Part shown: one piece after another, positions 9,047-17,915 of the stretch | How positions within the stretch are numbered: position 1 is the first letter of the stretch | Layout: each line of letters starts with the position of its first letter | DNA from: Escherichia phage vB_EcoM_G4498 | Strand: one strand, 5' to 3' | Sequence record: NC_054918.1 | DNA: 64,000 bases | Translations under genes and position numbers: made by a program | The notes under the pieces: model-generated | Database searches by the model: none | Told to the model about the DNA's origin: nothing | What the model saw: the letters and a program-made list of their open reading frames with translations, nothing else

Positions 9047-10366
9047 TCACACATAAAATACGTCATAACGACCACGGGTAACACCAACATAAAGAAGTTG
9101 TTGAGCCAATTCAGCATCTGCATAATGAATACAAGGCGTATAAATGAAAGCACGGTCTACAGACATACCCTGAGCTTTATGGAATGTTGATGCAGGAAGT
9201 GCTTTCACTTTACTAAACTGTGATTTAGCATCCCAAAAATCACTCCACGGAGCTTTTCCGCCTTTGTTCCAATTTTTATAAGTTTCTGCAGTTTTACCTA
9301 AAAATAGGTTAAACTTATATAGCTCTTCATCAGATGAAATTATTTTAATCTTTTCACGATAATATTCATCATCGCCGTAAGTTTCTACTGTTAAATCCCA
9401 ATGACGAATTAAGTATTCTCCAGGAACACCACGGGCTTTAACAAACGTTGATGTATACTCTGCTTCTATAATACGAACTAATTGTCCGTTATTAAAAATA
9501 ATTTCTGACACAGGCTTTCCATCAATTTTATATGTTTTAATTAATGGTTCCTGCATTACAATAATTTCACCTACAATAAAATCTTTATCAGTTTCAAAAA
9601 TCTTTTTACGAATAATGCTATTTAACTTGTCAACAGATTTATTCGTAAATGCCATCACGCGATTTTCAAACAAATCATCTAGAGATTTGACGATTGAAAA
9701 ATAATTTACCATAAAATCGCGTAAAGCGGTATCACCAGTAAATCCACGTACTCCATGCCCGTCAACAACTTTATCATAAATCCACTTACCGTTACGAACG
9801 TCAGTAGCTACATCAATAATAGGAGCATTACTGCGTTTAACTTCAGTAAGTTCACACTGATAAAAATCTTTGTGTGTAAAGAATGGACTGATATAAGCAG
9901 TATTTTCTCCTGGATCAACAGGTCTAATTTGCTTATTATCACCTATTCCAATTATAGTACACCAAGGTGGAATAGTTGAAAGCAGAATTTTAAATAGCTT
10001 TCTATCATACATTGACACTTCGTCGCAGATTAATACCCTGCATTTAGCTAAATCTGGTACTTCCTTCTGTTCAAAAAGAACGTTTTCTTCATACGTAACT
10101 GGGTTAATTTTAAGAATACTGTGAATAGTACTCGCTTCTTTCCCCGACAGTTTTGAAAGAATCTTTTTAGCTGCATGTGTAGGAGCTGCCAAAATGATAC
10201 CAGTTTCGCCTGTTGATATTAAAGCTTCAATGATGAACTTAGTAAGAGTAGTCTTACCAGTACCAGCAGGTCCATTAATAGTTACATGATGTTTCTTTTC
10301 TTTAATAGCCCTCATAACGATGTTAAAGGCATTTTTCTGGCCTTCTGTCAAATCATCAAATGTCAT
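9047..10366 (-). CDS. dda: Dda DNA helicase (SF1B), 439 aa
   Basis: Walker A GPAGTGKTT. Sequence and length match T4 Dda. Confidence 0.95.
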   Translation of the reverse strand: MTFDDLTEGQKNAFNIVMRAIKEKKHHVTINGPAGTGKTTLTKFIIEALISTGETGIILAAPTHAAKKILSKLSGKEASTIHSILKINPVTYEENVLFEQKEVPDLAKCRVLICDEVSMYDRKLFKILLSTIPPWCTIIGIGDNKQIRPVDPGENTAYISPFFTHKDFYQCELTEVKRSNAPIIDVATDVRNGKWIYDKVVDGHGVRGFTGDTALRDFMVNYFSIVKSLDDLFENRVMAFTNKSVDKLNSIIRKKIFETDKDFIVGEIIVMQEPLIKTYKIDGKPVSEIIFNNGQLVRIIEAEYTSTFVKARGVPGEYLIRHWDLTVETYGDDEYYREKIKIISSDEELYKFNLFLGKTAETYKNWNKGGKAPWSDFWDAKSQFSKVKALPASTFHKAQGMSVDRAFIYTPCIHYADAELAQQLLYVGVTRGRYDVFYV

Positions 10367-10674
10367 CGGAAAGTCCCTGCAATTGGAATACTAACAATAC
10401 GCCCAGTATCTAGAATTCGTTGATATAATCTTTGTGTATCTACATCAGGCTTAACATGTTTAACTTCTATTTTATTAAACCAAAACTTGCGTGGAGTCTC
10501 AACTAGTCTTGGAATTCCCATACCTAAAGCTAGTTTATATTGGTCTTTGAGAGTAGTAAAAACTCTATCAGCAATCTCTCTTTCAAAAAACACAGCAGGA
10601 CGATGTTCATCAAGTGGAACTGGCGCCGTAAATCCGTCTTTGTCTCGGTAAACTATCGCATATACATAAACCAT
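10363..10674 (-). CDS. hypothetical protein (dda.1 position), 103 aa
   Basis: ORF whose stop overlaps the dda start by 4 nt. Confidence 0.65.
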   Translation of the reverse strand: MVYVYAIVYRDKDGFTAPVPLDEHRPAVFFEREIADRVFTTLKDQYKLALGMGIPRLVETPRKFWFNKIEVKHVKPDVDTQRLYQRILDTGRIVSIPIAGTFR

Positions 10675-10675
10675 A

Positions 10676-11422
10676 TTATCCTCGGATAAGTTTAAAAATT
10701 GAACAATTTAGCGGGTATCCTCTTTTCAGTTTAAGTTTATCAATAAAAGACAAATTTTGATACCGCTCTACACCTTGAATAATTTTATCACACATATCAT
10801 ATTGCATTTCTGCTTCTGACAGCTTTTTCACAATTTTCCAATCCGAGCCTTTAAGAAGAACGTTCAATTTAACAACTTCAGCGCCTTCTGCTATGCGAGA
10901 ACCATCAATACGTGCTTTAAGTGCTATAATCCTTAGCTTAATGTCAGAGGTCTGTTTTGATTTAGAAAGCTGAGAAATGTGTTCAATTCGGTTTTCACGT
11001 TTTTTCTGTATAGCTTTAATTTGATTATAAGTCTTTTTGATTTTAGCCCATTTCTTTTCATCTAAATTTAGTTTATGAACTTTTTTCGCAGATGAACGAC
11101 CAATTCGCAAAGCAAATAAATCCCGTTTTTCAATCAACTCTTCTAAAGTATAATCAGAACGAAATGTATTATACTTTTTCTTTACTGCAATAACATTCCC
11201 TTTAATGTATCCAATGTTATTATTAAAACGTTCTAATGATAATTTCTCTCCTTCAATACGATTATCAAAAGGTTCTCCCGAGTAAGCACAAACTTTTTGA
11301 TCTAAAATGTTCTTAATGTAATTGAAGTCTAAGTTAAAATCTTTAGAACGTCTTTTTGCAGATGCCTGAGTATGCTCTAGACGACGTTTAATTTTACGAA
11401 TTTGATTATTAGACAGCTTCAT
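10676..11422 (-). CDS. srd: Srd (sigma-70-similarity protein; reported RNase E modulator), 248 aa
   Basis: Size and position match T4 srd. An early promoter lies at 11459-11488. Confidence 0.7.
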   Translation of the reverse strand: MKLSNNQIRKIKRRLEHTQASAKRRSKDFNLDFNYIKNILDQKVCAYSGEPFDNRIEGEKLSLERFNNNIGYIKGNVIAVKKKYNTFRSDYTLEELIEKRDLFALRIGRSSAKKVHKLNLDEKKWAKIKKTYNQIKAIQKKRENRIEHISQLSKSKQTSDIKLRIIALKARIDGSRIAEGAEVVKLNVLLKGSDWKIVKKLSEAEMQYDMCDKIIQGVERYQNLSFIDKLKLKRGYPLNCSIFKLIRG

Positions 11423-11458
11423 ATTTTTCTCACATCTTACGGACGGTTAACTACTTAT

Positions 11459-11488
11459 ACTATAACATTTTTACCTTAACTTGTAAAC
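11459..11488 (-). promoter_or_regulatory. early promoter
   Basis: GTTTAC-N18-TATAGT upstream of srd. Confidence 0.65.
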
Positions 11489-11545
11489 AACTTTATGTAA
11501 AAATGCTTTAAAACTTTCATGGTATAATGAATCTAAGTCCTTCCA

Positions 11546-12148
11546 TTATAGATTAAATCCTTCAAAATCAAGAGTATAGATAGTGTATGTTGAATACTTT
11601 TTGTACTCATATCTATCTGCAATTCTAAATACACTTCCAGCTGGTATCATTACTTCTTGTTCATCTGAAACTAATTCCATATTACGATAACGATGGCTAT
11701 CTGGAAACTTAAAGTTTGGATTGTATTCTTTACAGCGTAGAGCTTTTATAGCATACTCCTGGAAATTGAATACCATAGGAGCTTTGAATTCAAAAATAAC
11801 TTGTGTGTTATACTCTAAACCGGAAGCAAAATGTAGAGCTATATTTTTATCATATGAAGCTGATACTACTTTATCAAATGTAATAATATCAATTCCTTGA
11901 TTTAATATTTGTTTAGTCTCAGCTGGAACACCTCTCCAAAGAGGTTTATCGTTTGGAACCAAACGAGATTTGATTATTTCATTTAACCAAGTATGGTCAT
12001 CTGGCTTATTAGTAATACAATGAATTAAAAGTTCAATTTCAGATAAATTAAACCCTTCAGAAAGTAATTCTTCACGAATAGAAGCACGCACCGATGCATC
12101 CATTGATTTTATTTTAAAATCTTTTAGTTGCATTACTGAGTATTTCAT
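11546..12148 (-). CDS. modA: ModA ADP-ribosyltransferase, 200 aa
   Basis: R-S-E ART motifs (LWRGV, SASYD, EQEVMIP). Size matches T4 ModA. Confidence 0.85.
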   Translation of the reverse strand: MKYSVMQLKDFKIKSMDASVRASIREELLSEGFNLSEIELLIHCITNKPDDHTWLNEIIKSRLVPNDKPLWRGVPAETKQILNQGIDIITFDKVVSASYDKNIALHFASGLEYNTQVIFEFKAPMVFNFQEYAIKALRCKEYNPNFKFPDSHRYRNMELVSDEQEVMIPAGSVFRIADRYEYKKYSTYTIYTLDFEGFNL

Positions 12149-12768
12149 TCAACTACCTCAATATCATAAACTTTAAATGTTCCAAATGAATCGTGTAATT
12201 TTTCTTTTGAAATAGAAGTTATTTTATACTTTCCAATTGGAATCATCCATTCTTGTTCACGCACAATCATCATTAAGTTATCAGTACGCTCTGAATCTAA
12301 TCCATCAGTATCTTCATACGTGTACTTAAACTCAGTATTAGGAGAAGAAAGTATAATATCGCTGATATGGTCAGAATAATTAAAAGCTTTATTAGTTTTT
12401 AAGCGAAGTATTATTTTAGTAAAATATTCAGCGTAAGAAAAAGAACATGCTGTGAGCAAACTAGTAGTAAATGAATCTACTCTATTCGTTGAAAACACTT
12501 CTCCGACTTGTAAATCTTTAATGAGTTCTTTTGTCGATTTTGATATACCACGATATAGCTGATAAGGCGATTTAGTTAAATGCTTTTTAACGATTTTATT
12601 CAACTGCCGATGAAGAGCTTCATTCTTTTTGGCTTCCATACATTGCCAAAGAACTGACTGCTCAAAGTCAGTAAATTTTTCACAGACCTTTTTATACATA
12701 TCATATTGAAAATCAACGCTTTCAGCTTTTATAGATAACTGTTCAACATCTGCAAGATTAATAATCAT
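12145..12768 (-). CDS. modB: ModB ADP-ribosyltransferase, 207 aa
   Basis: ART motifs (LYRGIS, EQEWMIP). Paralog of modA; size matches T4 ModB. Confidence 0.85.
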   Translation of the reverse strand: MIINLADVEQLSIKAESVDFQYDMYKKVCEKFTDFEQSVLWQCMEAKKNEALHRQLNKIVKKHLTKSPYQLYRGISKSTKELIKDLQVGEVFSTNRVDSFTTSLLTACSFSYAEYFTKIILRLKTNKAFNYSDHISDIILSSPNTEFKYTYEDTDGLDSERTDNLMMIVREQEWMIPIGKYKITSISKEKLHDSFGTFKVYDIEVVE

Positions 12769-12794
12769 GATAGCCTCCGTATACTTCAGAAGCT

Positions 12795-12824
12795 ATCATA
12801 TCATCGTTAGAAAGGAAAGTAAAC
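12795..12824 (-). promoter_or_regulatory. early promoter
   Basis: GTTTAC-N18-TATGAT upstream of modB. Confidence 0.6.
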
Positions 12825-12835
12825 AACTTTTTGAA

Positions 12836-13018
12836 TTATTTTGCCCAGGGAGCCCAAGGCGGAGGGTCAAGATGGTATGAAGCTAGTTCTTCTAGAAGAG
12901 CATCTGGGGCTTCAATTCCATAATTCTGTAATACTATACGGTACTCTTTCTTATAATCACTAGAATCATTCTGGATATTCGTAGAATGATTATCTTCTAA
13001 CATCTCAAATAAATCCAT
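12836..13018 (-). CDS. small hypothetical protein, 60 aa
   Basis: ORF in the operon context after modB. Confidence 0.55.
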   Translation of the reverse strand: MDLFEMLEDNHSTNIQNDSSDYKKEYRIVLQNYGIEAPDALLEELASYHLDPPPWAPWAK

Positions 13019-13026
13019 ATTAATTC

Positions 13027-13497
13027 CTAGCGATAAAAACCAAAGTGACGATTAGCTTCAACAATCTTTCTTTCTTCTTCAGACATTCTCCAGCGTAGTC
13101 CAACATCAAAATGAGCCCAGACCATCTTAACAAATGCGTGTATGTCTTTAATATCTTCAATAATGAATGTTTTACTTTTAAAAGGCTGACTCGCTAATTT
13201 AACTTTATCATCTTCAAACAGGTCAAAAAGACCATATTCATGAGCTCTTTTATAGCCTTTAATAGTTAAAGCTTCAGAAGAAGAAAACGGTGAATCAGTA
13301 TTCTGCAAAATATCTTCAGTATGCTTTATAATTAGAATAATATTTTCTGGATATTTTCTTTCTTTTATATCTTTAATTAAAAAATCCGGATTTTCTGCTA
13401 AAGGAATAATTAATGAGCATTTTTTATCAAGTGTATTTACTGATTTACCTTCTTTAGACATAAATTCTATTGAATAATGTTTTGCTACTTCAATCAT
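13027..13497 (-). CDS. hypothetical protein, 156 aa
   Basis: Intact ORF with same-strand packing. Confidence 0.6.
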   Translation of the reverse strand: MIEVAKHYSIEFMSKEGKSVNTLDKKCSLIIPLAENPDFLIKDIKERKYPENIILIIKHTEDILQNTDSPFSSSEALTIKGYKRAHEYGLFDLFEDDKVKLASQPFKSKTFIIEDIKDIHAFVKMVWAHFDVGLRWRMSEEERKIVEANRHFGFYR

Positions 13498-13654
13498 GGG
13501 ATTTCCTTTTGCCTACTAATGGACCGTCAGGAATTTTGTTTTCCTGAATGTATTTCTCATTTTCTTCCATCATTTTACTACCGATTTTAAGAAGCAAATC
13601 TAACGCTTCATTTGCTTTAGCCTTAGCCTCTTCTAACGTCATGTTCTTGTTCAT
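13490..13654 (-). CDS. small hypothetical protein, 54 aa (not in the ORF track)
   Basis: My own translation: [58 protein letters not shown] overlap with the srh stop; its stop overlaps the next start. Confidence 0.5.
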   Translation of the reverse strand: MNKNMTLEEAKAKANEALDLLLKIGSKMMEENEKYIQENKIPDGPLVGKRKSHD

Positions 13655-13854
13655 GATTTATCCCCATAGATGTCTCTCATCAATTTAAGCGCTGAGCGCT
13701 CTAATTTCTTTTCTTTCTCAGCACTAATCATTGATTTCATCCATTCTTCTGATTCGTTCTGCATTTCTTTATTTGCCTGTTCAACCCAACCGTCATCAAT
13801 ATACATTGAGTTTGGTCTATTGAACCATTCAAGCATCTTCTTCAGAACTTTCAT
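13651..13854 (-). CDS. srh: Srh (sigma-32-similarity protein), 67 aa
   Basis: Size and position next to mrh match T4. Confidence 0.6.
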   Translation of the reverse strand: MKVLKKMLEWFNRPNSMYIDDGWVEQANKEMQNESEEWMKSMISAEKEKKLERSALKLMRDIYGDKS

Positions 13855-14314
13855 TCGTTTTACCTAAAACAATAGTAGGAGCATCGTCAAATTTATGAAT
13901 TTTTAGCAAATTTGGATTTAAACTATTCCATAAAGAGGTAATAAAATATGATAGCGCATTTTCTTCCGTAATTATAAATTTATTTCCCTTATCTATTTTC
14001 CAGTCATATATTGAATCATATGAATATAATGGCAGCGGTTTATTATTATAATATGCTTCAGCAACATCAATATAGTTAGATTTAGTAAATGCTTGAATTG
14101 CCATAAATGGAGAATTTTGTACAGTTTCAATAATTCCGATCTTTTTAAGTTTTATTTCAACATCTTCTGGAATTGGCATTGAAATAAAATCTTCTACTAG
14201 ATACATGTCATTGTCATATCTTTTATCAATCATTACTGCTACGGTAATTGGAACATCCTTGACAAACGCCATACTAATACTATTGATAGACATTTCAAAC
14301 AAAATTGCTTCCAT
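13829..14314 (-). CDS. mrh: Mrh (modulator of host heat-shock sigma factor), 161 aa
   Basis: ATG at 14312-14314 after GAGG gives 161 aa, the T4 Mrh size. Confidence 0.65.
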   Translation of the reverse strand: MEAILFEMSINSISMAFVKDVPITVAVMIDKRYDNDMYLVEDFISMPIPEDVEIKLKKIGIIETVQNSPFMAIQAFTKSNYIDVAEAYYNNKPLPLYSYDSIYDWKIDKGNKFIITEENALSYFITSLWNSLNPNLLKIHKFDDAPTIVLGKTNESSEEDA

Positions 14315-14322
14315 AATTTTCC

Positions 14323-14664
14323 TCAATCGCAAGATGTAGATGAACAACTAGAATCACAAGAACTTCCGCATGAATCACCTGCCCATACATGAACAGGAAC
14401 ATTAGTGTCATATGAATCAGAACTAGACTGTGTATTCTGTGTGTTAGATGATGTAGTAGGTACTGACCATCGCCAAGGATTTTTATAATATTCTTGGGCT
14501 TCTTCATAAGTCATAGTAACTGCTTCTACTGTTCCATCTCCCATATAAACATACTCAACTACAGTTAAAGGAAGGTAGTCATTTGAAATAGGAACTACAC
14601 CTTCTCCCGGAGTTGTAGAGAAAAAATCTGTAAAGAAATTTTTAAACCAATTAAAGATAAACAT
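14323..14664 (-). CDS. hypothetical protein with a Cys/Ser-rich C-terminal tail, 113 aa
   Basis: Intact ORF. The tail reads [18 protein letters not shown]. Confidence 0.6.
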   Translation of the reverse strand: MFIFNWFKNFFTDFFSTTPGEGVVPISNDYLPLTVVEYVYMGDGTVEAVTMTYEEAQEYYKNPWRWSVPTTSSNTQNTQSSSDSYDTNVPVHVWAGDSCGSSCDSSCSSTSCD

Positions 14665-14870
14665 TACAAAAAGCCTCTTTTGAATTCGACTTGCTTCTCA
14701 CCATAATCATATCGAATCTCTGCATTAAATTCGACAGAACCATCTGCGTACATCATAAATGAATGAACAACAACTTCTGTAGACCATGGTTGCAGTTCAT
14801 ATTTCTTCATTACATGCCGTGAAATGATAATATCTAAATCTTCATTTGGTTTAATCCAACGATTTAACAT
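14664..14870 (-). CDS. small hypothetical protein, 68 aa
   Basis: ORF downstream of the early promoter at 14897-14926. Confidence 0.6.
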   Translation of the reverse strand: MLNRWIKPNEDLDIIISRHVMKKYELQPWSTEVVVHSFMMYADGSVEFNAEIRYDYGEKQVEFKRGFL

Positions 14871-14896
14871 AGTGCTCTCCTCTATAAGATAATTCT

Positions 14897-14926
14897 ATTA
14901 TACCATACTCATTTTGGAAAGTAAAC
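14897..14926 (-). promoter_or_regulatory. early promoter
   Basis: GTTTAC-N18-TATAAT immediately after the soc terminator. Confidence 0.7.
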
Positions 14927-14940
14927 CGTTTAAATGAAAA

Positions 14941-14962
14941 AAGGACTCCCGAAGGAGTCCTT
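14941..14962 (-). terminator. rho-independent terminator after soc
   Basis: AAGGACUCC-UUCG-GGAGUCCUU followed by a U-run. Confidence 0.8.
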
Positions 14963-14966
14963 GAAT

Positions 14967-15212
14967 TTATTCACCAGTTACTTTCCACAAATCTTCATTT
15001 GCAGCAATCCATTCAGTACGTTGATTTTCTTCATATACTGTAGAATATGCTGCTTTTTCTGAAGGGAATGTCTGGTAATGTGCACCAGAAATTTTGTGAA
15101 CGTCAGAATAAAGAGGGAAAGCTACGGAAATTTCCTTTCCTTCAATTTTCTTATTTCCATCTAATTTCTGCTCAAATGTTTTGATATTAACATAACCGCG
15201 AGTACTAGCCAT
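14967..15212 (-). CDS. soc: Soc small outer capsid protein
   Basis: MASTRGYVNIKTFEQKLDGNKKIEGKEISVAFPLYSDVHKISGAHYQTF... matches T4 Soc. Late TATAAATA box at 15243-15250 and a UUCG terminator after the stop. Confidence 0.95.
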   Translation of the reverse strand: MASTRGYVNIKTFEQKLDGNKKIEGKEISVAFPLYSDVHKISGAHYQTFPSEKAAYSTVYEENQRTEWIAANEDLWKVTGE

Positions 15213-15242
15213 GTAATTCTCCTTTTATTTAAATTACATGAT

Positions 15243-15250
15243 TATTTATA
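15243..15250 (-). promoter_or_regulatory. late promoter TATAAATA for soc
   Basis: Exact TATAAATA on the minus strand, 31 nt before the soc ATG. Confidence 0.8.
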
Positions 15251-15280
15251 ATAAATTCTCGCGGCTTTTAAGACGAGCTG

Positions 15281-15799
15281 TTAATAACCTCGGTCTTGAC
15301 GAGCGAAATTTTCAGCATTTTTCAGATAATAAAGTTTAAAGATTTCTTCTGCTGTAAGACCAAGACCTTGAAACATGTTCAGAACAAAATGGAGAATATC
15401 AATCATTTCGAATTTGATTTCTAACTGGTCCTGTGGAGACAAATCAGTAATCAGAGTTTCACGACGTTCACCATGCTGAGCTTTCCACGGCTTCCATACA
15501 GCAGATGCATCTTTTTCGCCATTACTCATACCACCAAGAGAAGTCAGAAGTTCGCGGAATTCATCATCAATATAATCTTTCTGATTACGCAGCCAATCAA
15601 CAACTTCACCTGCAGTAGCCAAATCATCAGGATGACGGTTATATTCAGGTTTATCTTTAGCTAAACGAACTTGCAGAGATTTCTGCATATCAAGCATTAC
15701 CTGCAGCGGGTCTTTTTCATCACCGAGAATATCCCAATATTCATTTTGAGCTTTATCAGCGCCTTCGATCAGTTGACTACATTCGTTGAAATGTGGCAT
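15281..15799 (-). CDS. 56: dCTPase/dUTPase (gp56), 172 aa
   Basis: MazG-like all-alpha NTP pyrophosphatase sequence. Matches T4 gp56 in size and position. Confidence 0.9.
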   Translation of the reverse strand: MPHFNECSQLIEGADKAQNEYWDILGDEKDPLQVMLDMQKSLQVRLAKDKPEYNRHPDDLATAGEVVDWLRNQKDYIDDEFRELLTSLGGMSNGEKDASAVWKPWKAQHGERRETLITDLSPQDQLEIKFEMIDILHFVLNMFQGLGLTAEEIFKLYYLKNAENFARQDRGY

Positions 15800-15800
15800 G

Positions 15801-16451
15801 TTATTTTTCCTTTCTTATGAAGTTTTCTATCATATGTCTATAGCAGATATTAGGATAACCTGCCTTGACAGCTATTTTATTAAATTTTGTGCGCTTAGGT
15901 CTATTATTATAAACCCATAATTCATAAAGCGCATCATAACTATTCCATATTTCTCCTCGCCTAGGATTTGGTAAACCATATCGAGGTGAATTTTTACCGC
16001 TAAATCTTCCTTTTCGGGCTTTACTCATATTAGCCTTGGCTTCATCGGATATAATTTTACCTTTATGAGCTAGACGCATTTTGGCTTTAGTTTCTTCTGG
16101 GGTCTTTTTGCCTTTAATCCATGACGGCTTGCCATATCTAGGATTATTTTCACCCGAGAAAAGAACAGAGTTTTGGATTTTAAGGGTTTCTATTAATCTA
16201 CTTGTTAATTTAACACCTTTATTATATCGCATTAAATTTACAGCATAATGCAATCCTCTCACATCTGGATATATTTTAGTTAATAATCTATGAGCTATAA
16301 AATGCTCACGCGCAGTTAACTCAACAAGATTGTTTTTGTCATCTGCTCCTCCTATACATCTAGGAATTATATGATGGCGTTCTTTATATCCGCCAAGATG
16401 CCGGCATTTAGCTTTTGTAATTAAAGCCGAGTAAATTTTTTGGTAATTCAC
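15801..16451 (-). CDS. free-standing HNH homing endonuclease (Mob-like), 216 aa, GTG start
   Basis: HHIIPR...NLV.LT.REH HNH core. NUMOD3-like repeats (NNPRYGKP, KNSPRYGLP). GTG at 16449-16451 after AAGGA. Confidence 0.85.
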   Translation of the reverse strand: MNYQKIYSALITKAKCRHLGGYKERHHIIPRCIGGADDKNNLVELTAREHFIAHRLLTKIYPDVRGLHYAVNLMRYNKGVKLTSRLIETLKIQNSVLFSGENNPRYGKPSWIKGKKTPEETKAKMRLAHKGKIISDEAKANMSKARKGRFSGKNSPRYGLPNPRRGEIWNSYDALYELWVYNNRPKRTKFNKIAVKAGYPNICYRHMIENFIRKEK

Positions 16452-16484
16452 ATATATCCTTTCAATTCATGGGTTAGTAGATTA

Positions 16485-16510
16485 ATTATACAATAAATAT
16501 ATAAAGCAAT
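16485..16510 (-). promoter_or_regulatory. MotA-dependent middle promoter upstream of the HNH gene and gene 56
   Basis: Minus strand ATTGCTTTA (perfect MotA box), 11 nt, TATAAT. Confidence 0.6.
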
Positions 16511-16521
16511 AAGGAGGACAT

Positions 16522-16722
16522 ATGGTACAAAAATTAATGGCACTTGTTAATGCCATAAAAGGTAATAAGAAACGTATAGCTTTTACTATTTCTGCTATGG
16601 TAGGAATTTTACTCTGGAACTTTATTTTATCACCTGTTGCAATTGCACATGGTATTAATATTCCAGTAGTTACTCTTGATACATTCGTAGATTTAGCATT
16701 TGCTTTAGTTGGGTTAATTTAA
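16522..16722 (+). CDS. small two-TM membrane protein, 66 aa, plus strand
   Basis: Strong SD AAGGAGG 4 nt before the ATG and phage-like A/T-ending codons. Two hydrophobic segments. The 3-prime end overlaps the gene 61 stop convergently. Confidence 0.45.
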   Translation: MVQKLMALVNAIKGNKKRIAFTISAMVGILLWNFILSPVAIAHGINIPVVTLDTFVDLAFALVGLI

Positions 16723-17747
16723 ATCTTAGCATATTTAGATAGCCGCATTTTAGCCATCAACCCCTGGGCAATATTATTTTTCATATATTCCATAATTTGT
16801 TCAGGGGTTGCACCTTCCTTTCTAATCATATCATTAACATCTTTTGATTTCCAGGGAGATTTATCCCAAAACATAACCCTTTCTCCTACATCAACTAATT
16901 TAGTCATTCGCTTGATAGTGTCAGGGTGACGAGGTTCATTATCTAAAACCCACACTCGTCTATCTTTAAATGGAACAACTTCTAGGTCTAATTGACCACC
17001 CGTAATAGCTATACCATTTTCAATAAAAAGTGAATCTATAGGTCCTTCTAGAACATATACATCACCATCTTTAACTCGTTCAACACCGTAAATTTTTGTT
17101 GCCTCAGGATAAGCTTTAATGGTGATATATTTTTGAGGAGCATCTTTCTTTAATGCACGTCCTTGAAAAGACTCAGCTTTTCCATTAGCATTATAAATTG
17201 GAATAACAAGACGAGGCTCAGAAATTTCCTTTTTGTATGTTCCCGGTGCTATGCTATTAACTAATTTAGGCCATTCGGTTGTAAACCAAAGATATTTCCA
17301 TTTATCCTTTGGAATACAACGAGCTTTTACATATTTTATAATTGGATGGTCTTCCGCCAGTTTATCTAATCTAACACATGACGGAAGAGATTTAATTATT
17401 TTCTTCTCAGGTTGCTTAGGAAGTTCTTTAGGTTTTTCTACTGGACGACTTTTACCTTTTTCTTTTCTTATTTCAAAAATATACTCACGATATAAATCAG
17501 GTTCAAACTCCTTTAAATATATTCCGATTGGTGCATGATAGTTACAGTTATAACAATGAATATTTCCTTCATTATTATCGCCGTAATACCATCCACGGGC
17601 TTTATTTTGGTCGGTTTTTGAATCTCCACAAACAGGGCATCTAAACCGTAATTTAAAAGTTGAACTATTATTTACTTGTGTGAATTTAGGTAAATGAGCT
17701 AGCGCACGGTATGCAAACTCATTATCAATCCAAGGTATTGATGACAT
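16719..17747 (-). CDS. 61: DNA primase gp61, 342 aa
   Basis: Zinc ribbon CPVCGDS...CYNC plus Toprim. Matches T4 gp61. Confidence 0.95.
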   Translation of the reverse strand: MSSIPWIDNEFAYRALAHLPKFTQVNNSSTFKLRFRCPVCGDSKTDQNKARGWYYGDNNEGNIHCYNCNYHAPIGIYLKEFEPDLYREYIFEIRKEKGKSRPVEKPKELPKQPEKKIIKSLPSCVRLDKLAEDHPIIKYVKARCIPKDKWKYLWFTTEWPKLVNSIAPGTYKKEISEPRLVIPIYNANGKAESFQGRALKKDAPQKYITIKAYPEATKIYGVERVKDGDVYVLEGPIDSLFIENGIAITGGQLDLEVVPFKDRRVWVLDNEPRHPDTIKRMTKLVDVGERVMFWDKSPWKSKDVNDMIRKEGATPEQIMEYMKNNIAQGLMAKMRLSKYAKI

Positions 17748-17749
17748 TT

Positions 17750-17914
17750 TTACTCTTCTTTTTCTTTAGATTCCTCTTTTTTCTTTTTAGGAATCTGTTC
17801 AGGACCTTTATTTACTACAGCGCCTGATGCTGTTCCAGTAGAGATATTTTCAGGATTACCACCTGAATCTCCAGCGACCATATCTTCTTTGATAAATTCT
17901 TTATATGTTTTCAT
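17750..17914 (-). CDS. small protein (61.1 position), 54 aa, with a capsid-targeting-like N-terminus (not in the ORF track)
   Basis: My own translation: MKTYKEFIKEDMVAGDSGGNPENISTGTASGAVVNKGPEQIPKKKKEESKEKEE. Fills the gap exactly. Confidence 0.55.
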   Translation of the reverse strand: MKTYKEFIKEDMVAGDSGGNPENISTGTASGAVVNKGPEQIPKKKKEESKEKEE

Positions 17915-17915
17915 A

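Noticed and set aside
11521-11530. Plus-strand TGGTATAAT extended -10 in the modA-srd spacer.
   Set aside because: There is no plausible -35 and no plus-strand ORF or structured RNA downstream. The spacer is explained by the minus-strand srd early promoter.
14295-14507. Minus-strand alternative-frame ORFs overlapping real genes (14295-14507, 23032-23226, 26188-26373, 27394-27585, 34181-34444, 36273-36494, 41451-41675, 48184-48432, 53341-53535, 58620-58805, 62505-62720, 63174-63356).
   Set aside because: They are nested inside recognised genes (mrh.1, beta-alpha-gt, 43, 46, a-gt, nrdG and others) in another frame. They lack RBSs and give implausible sequences.
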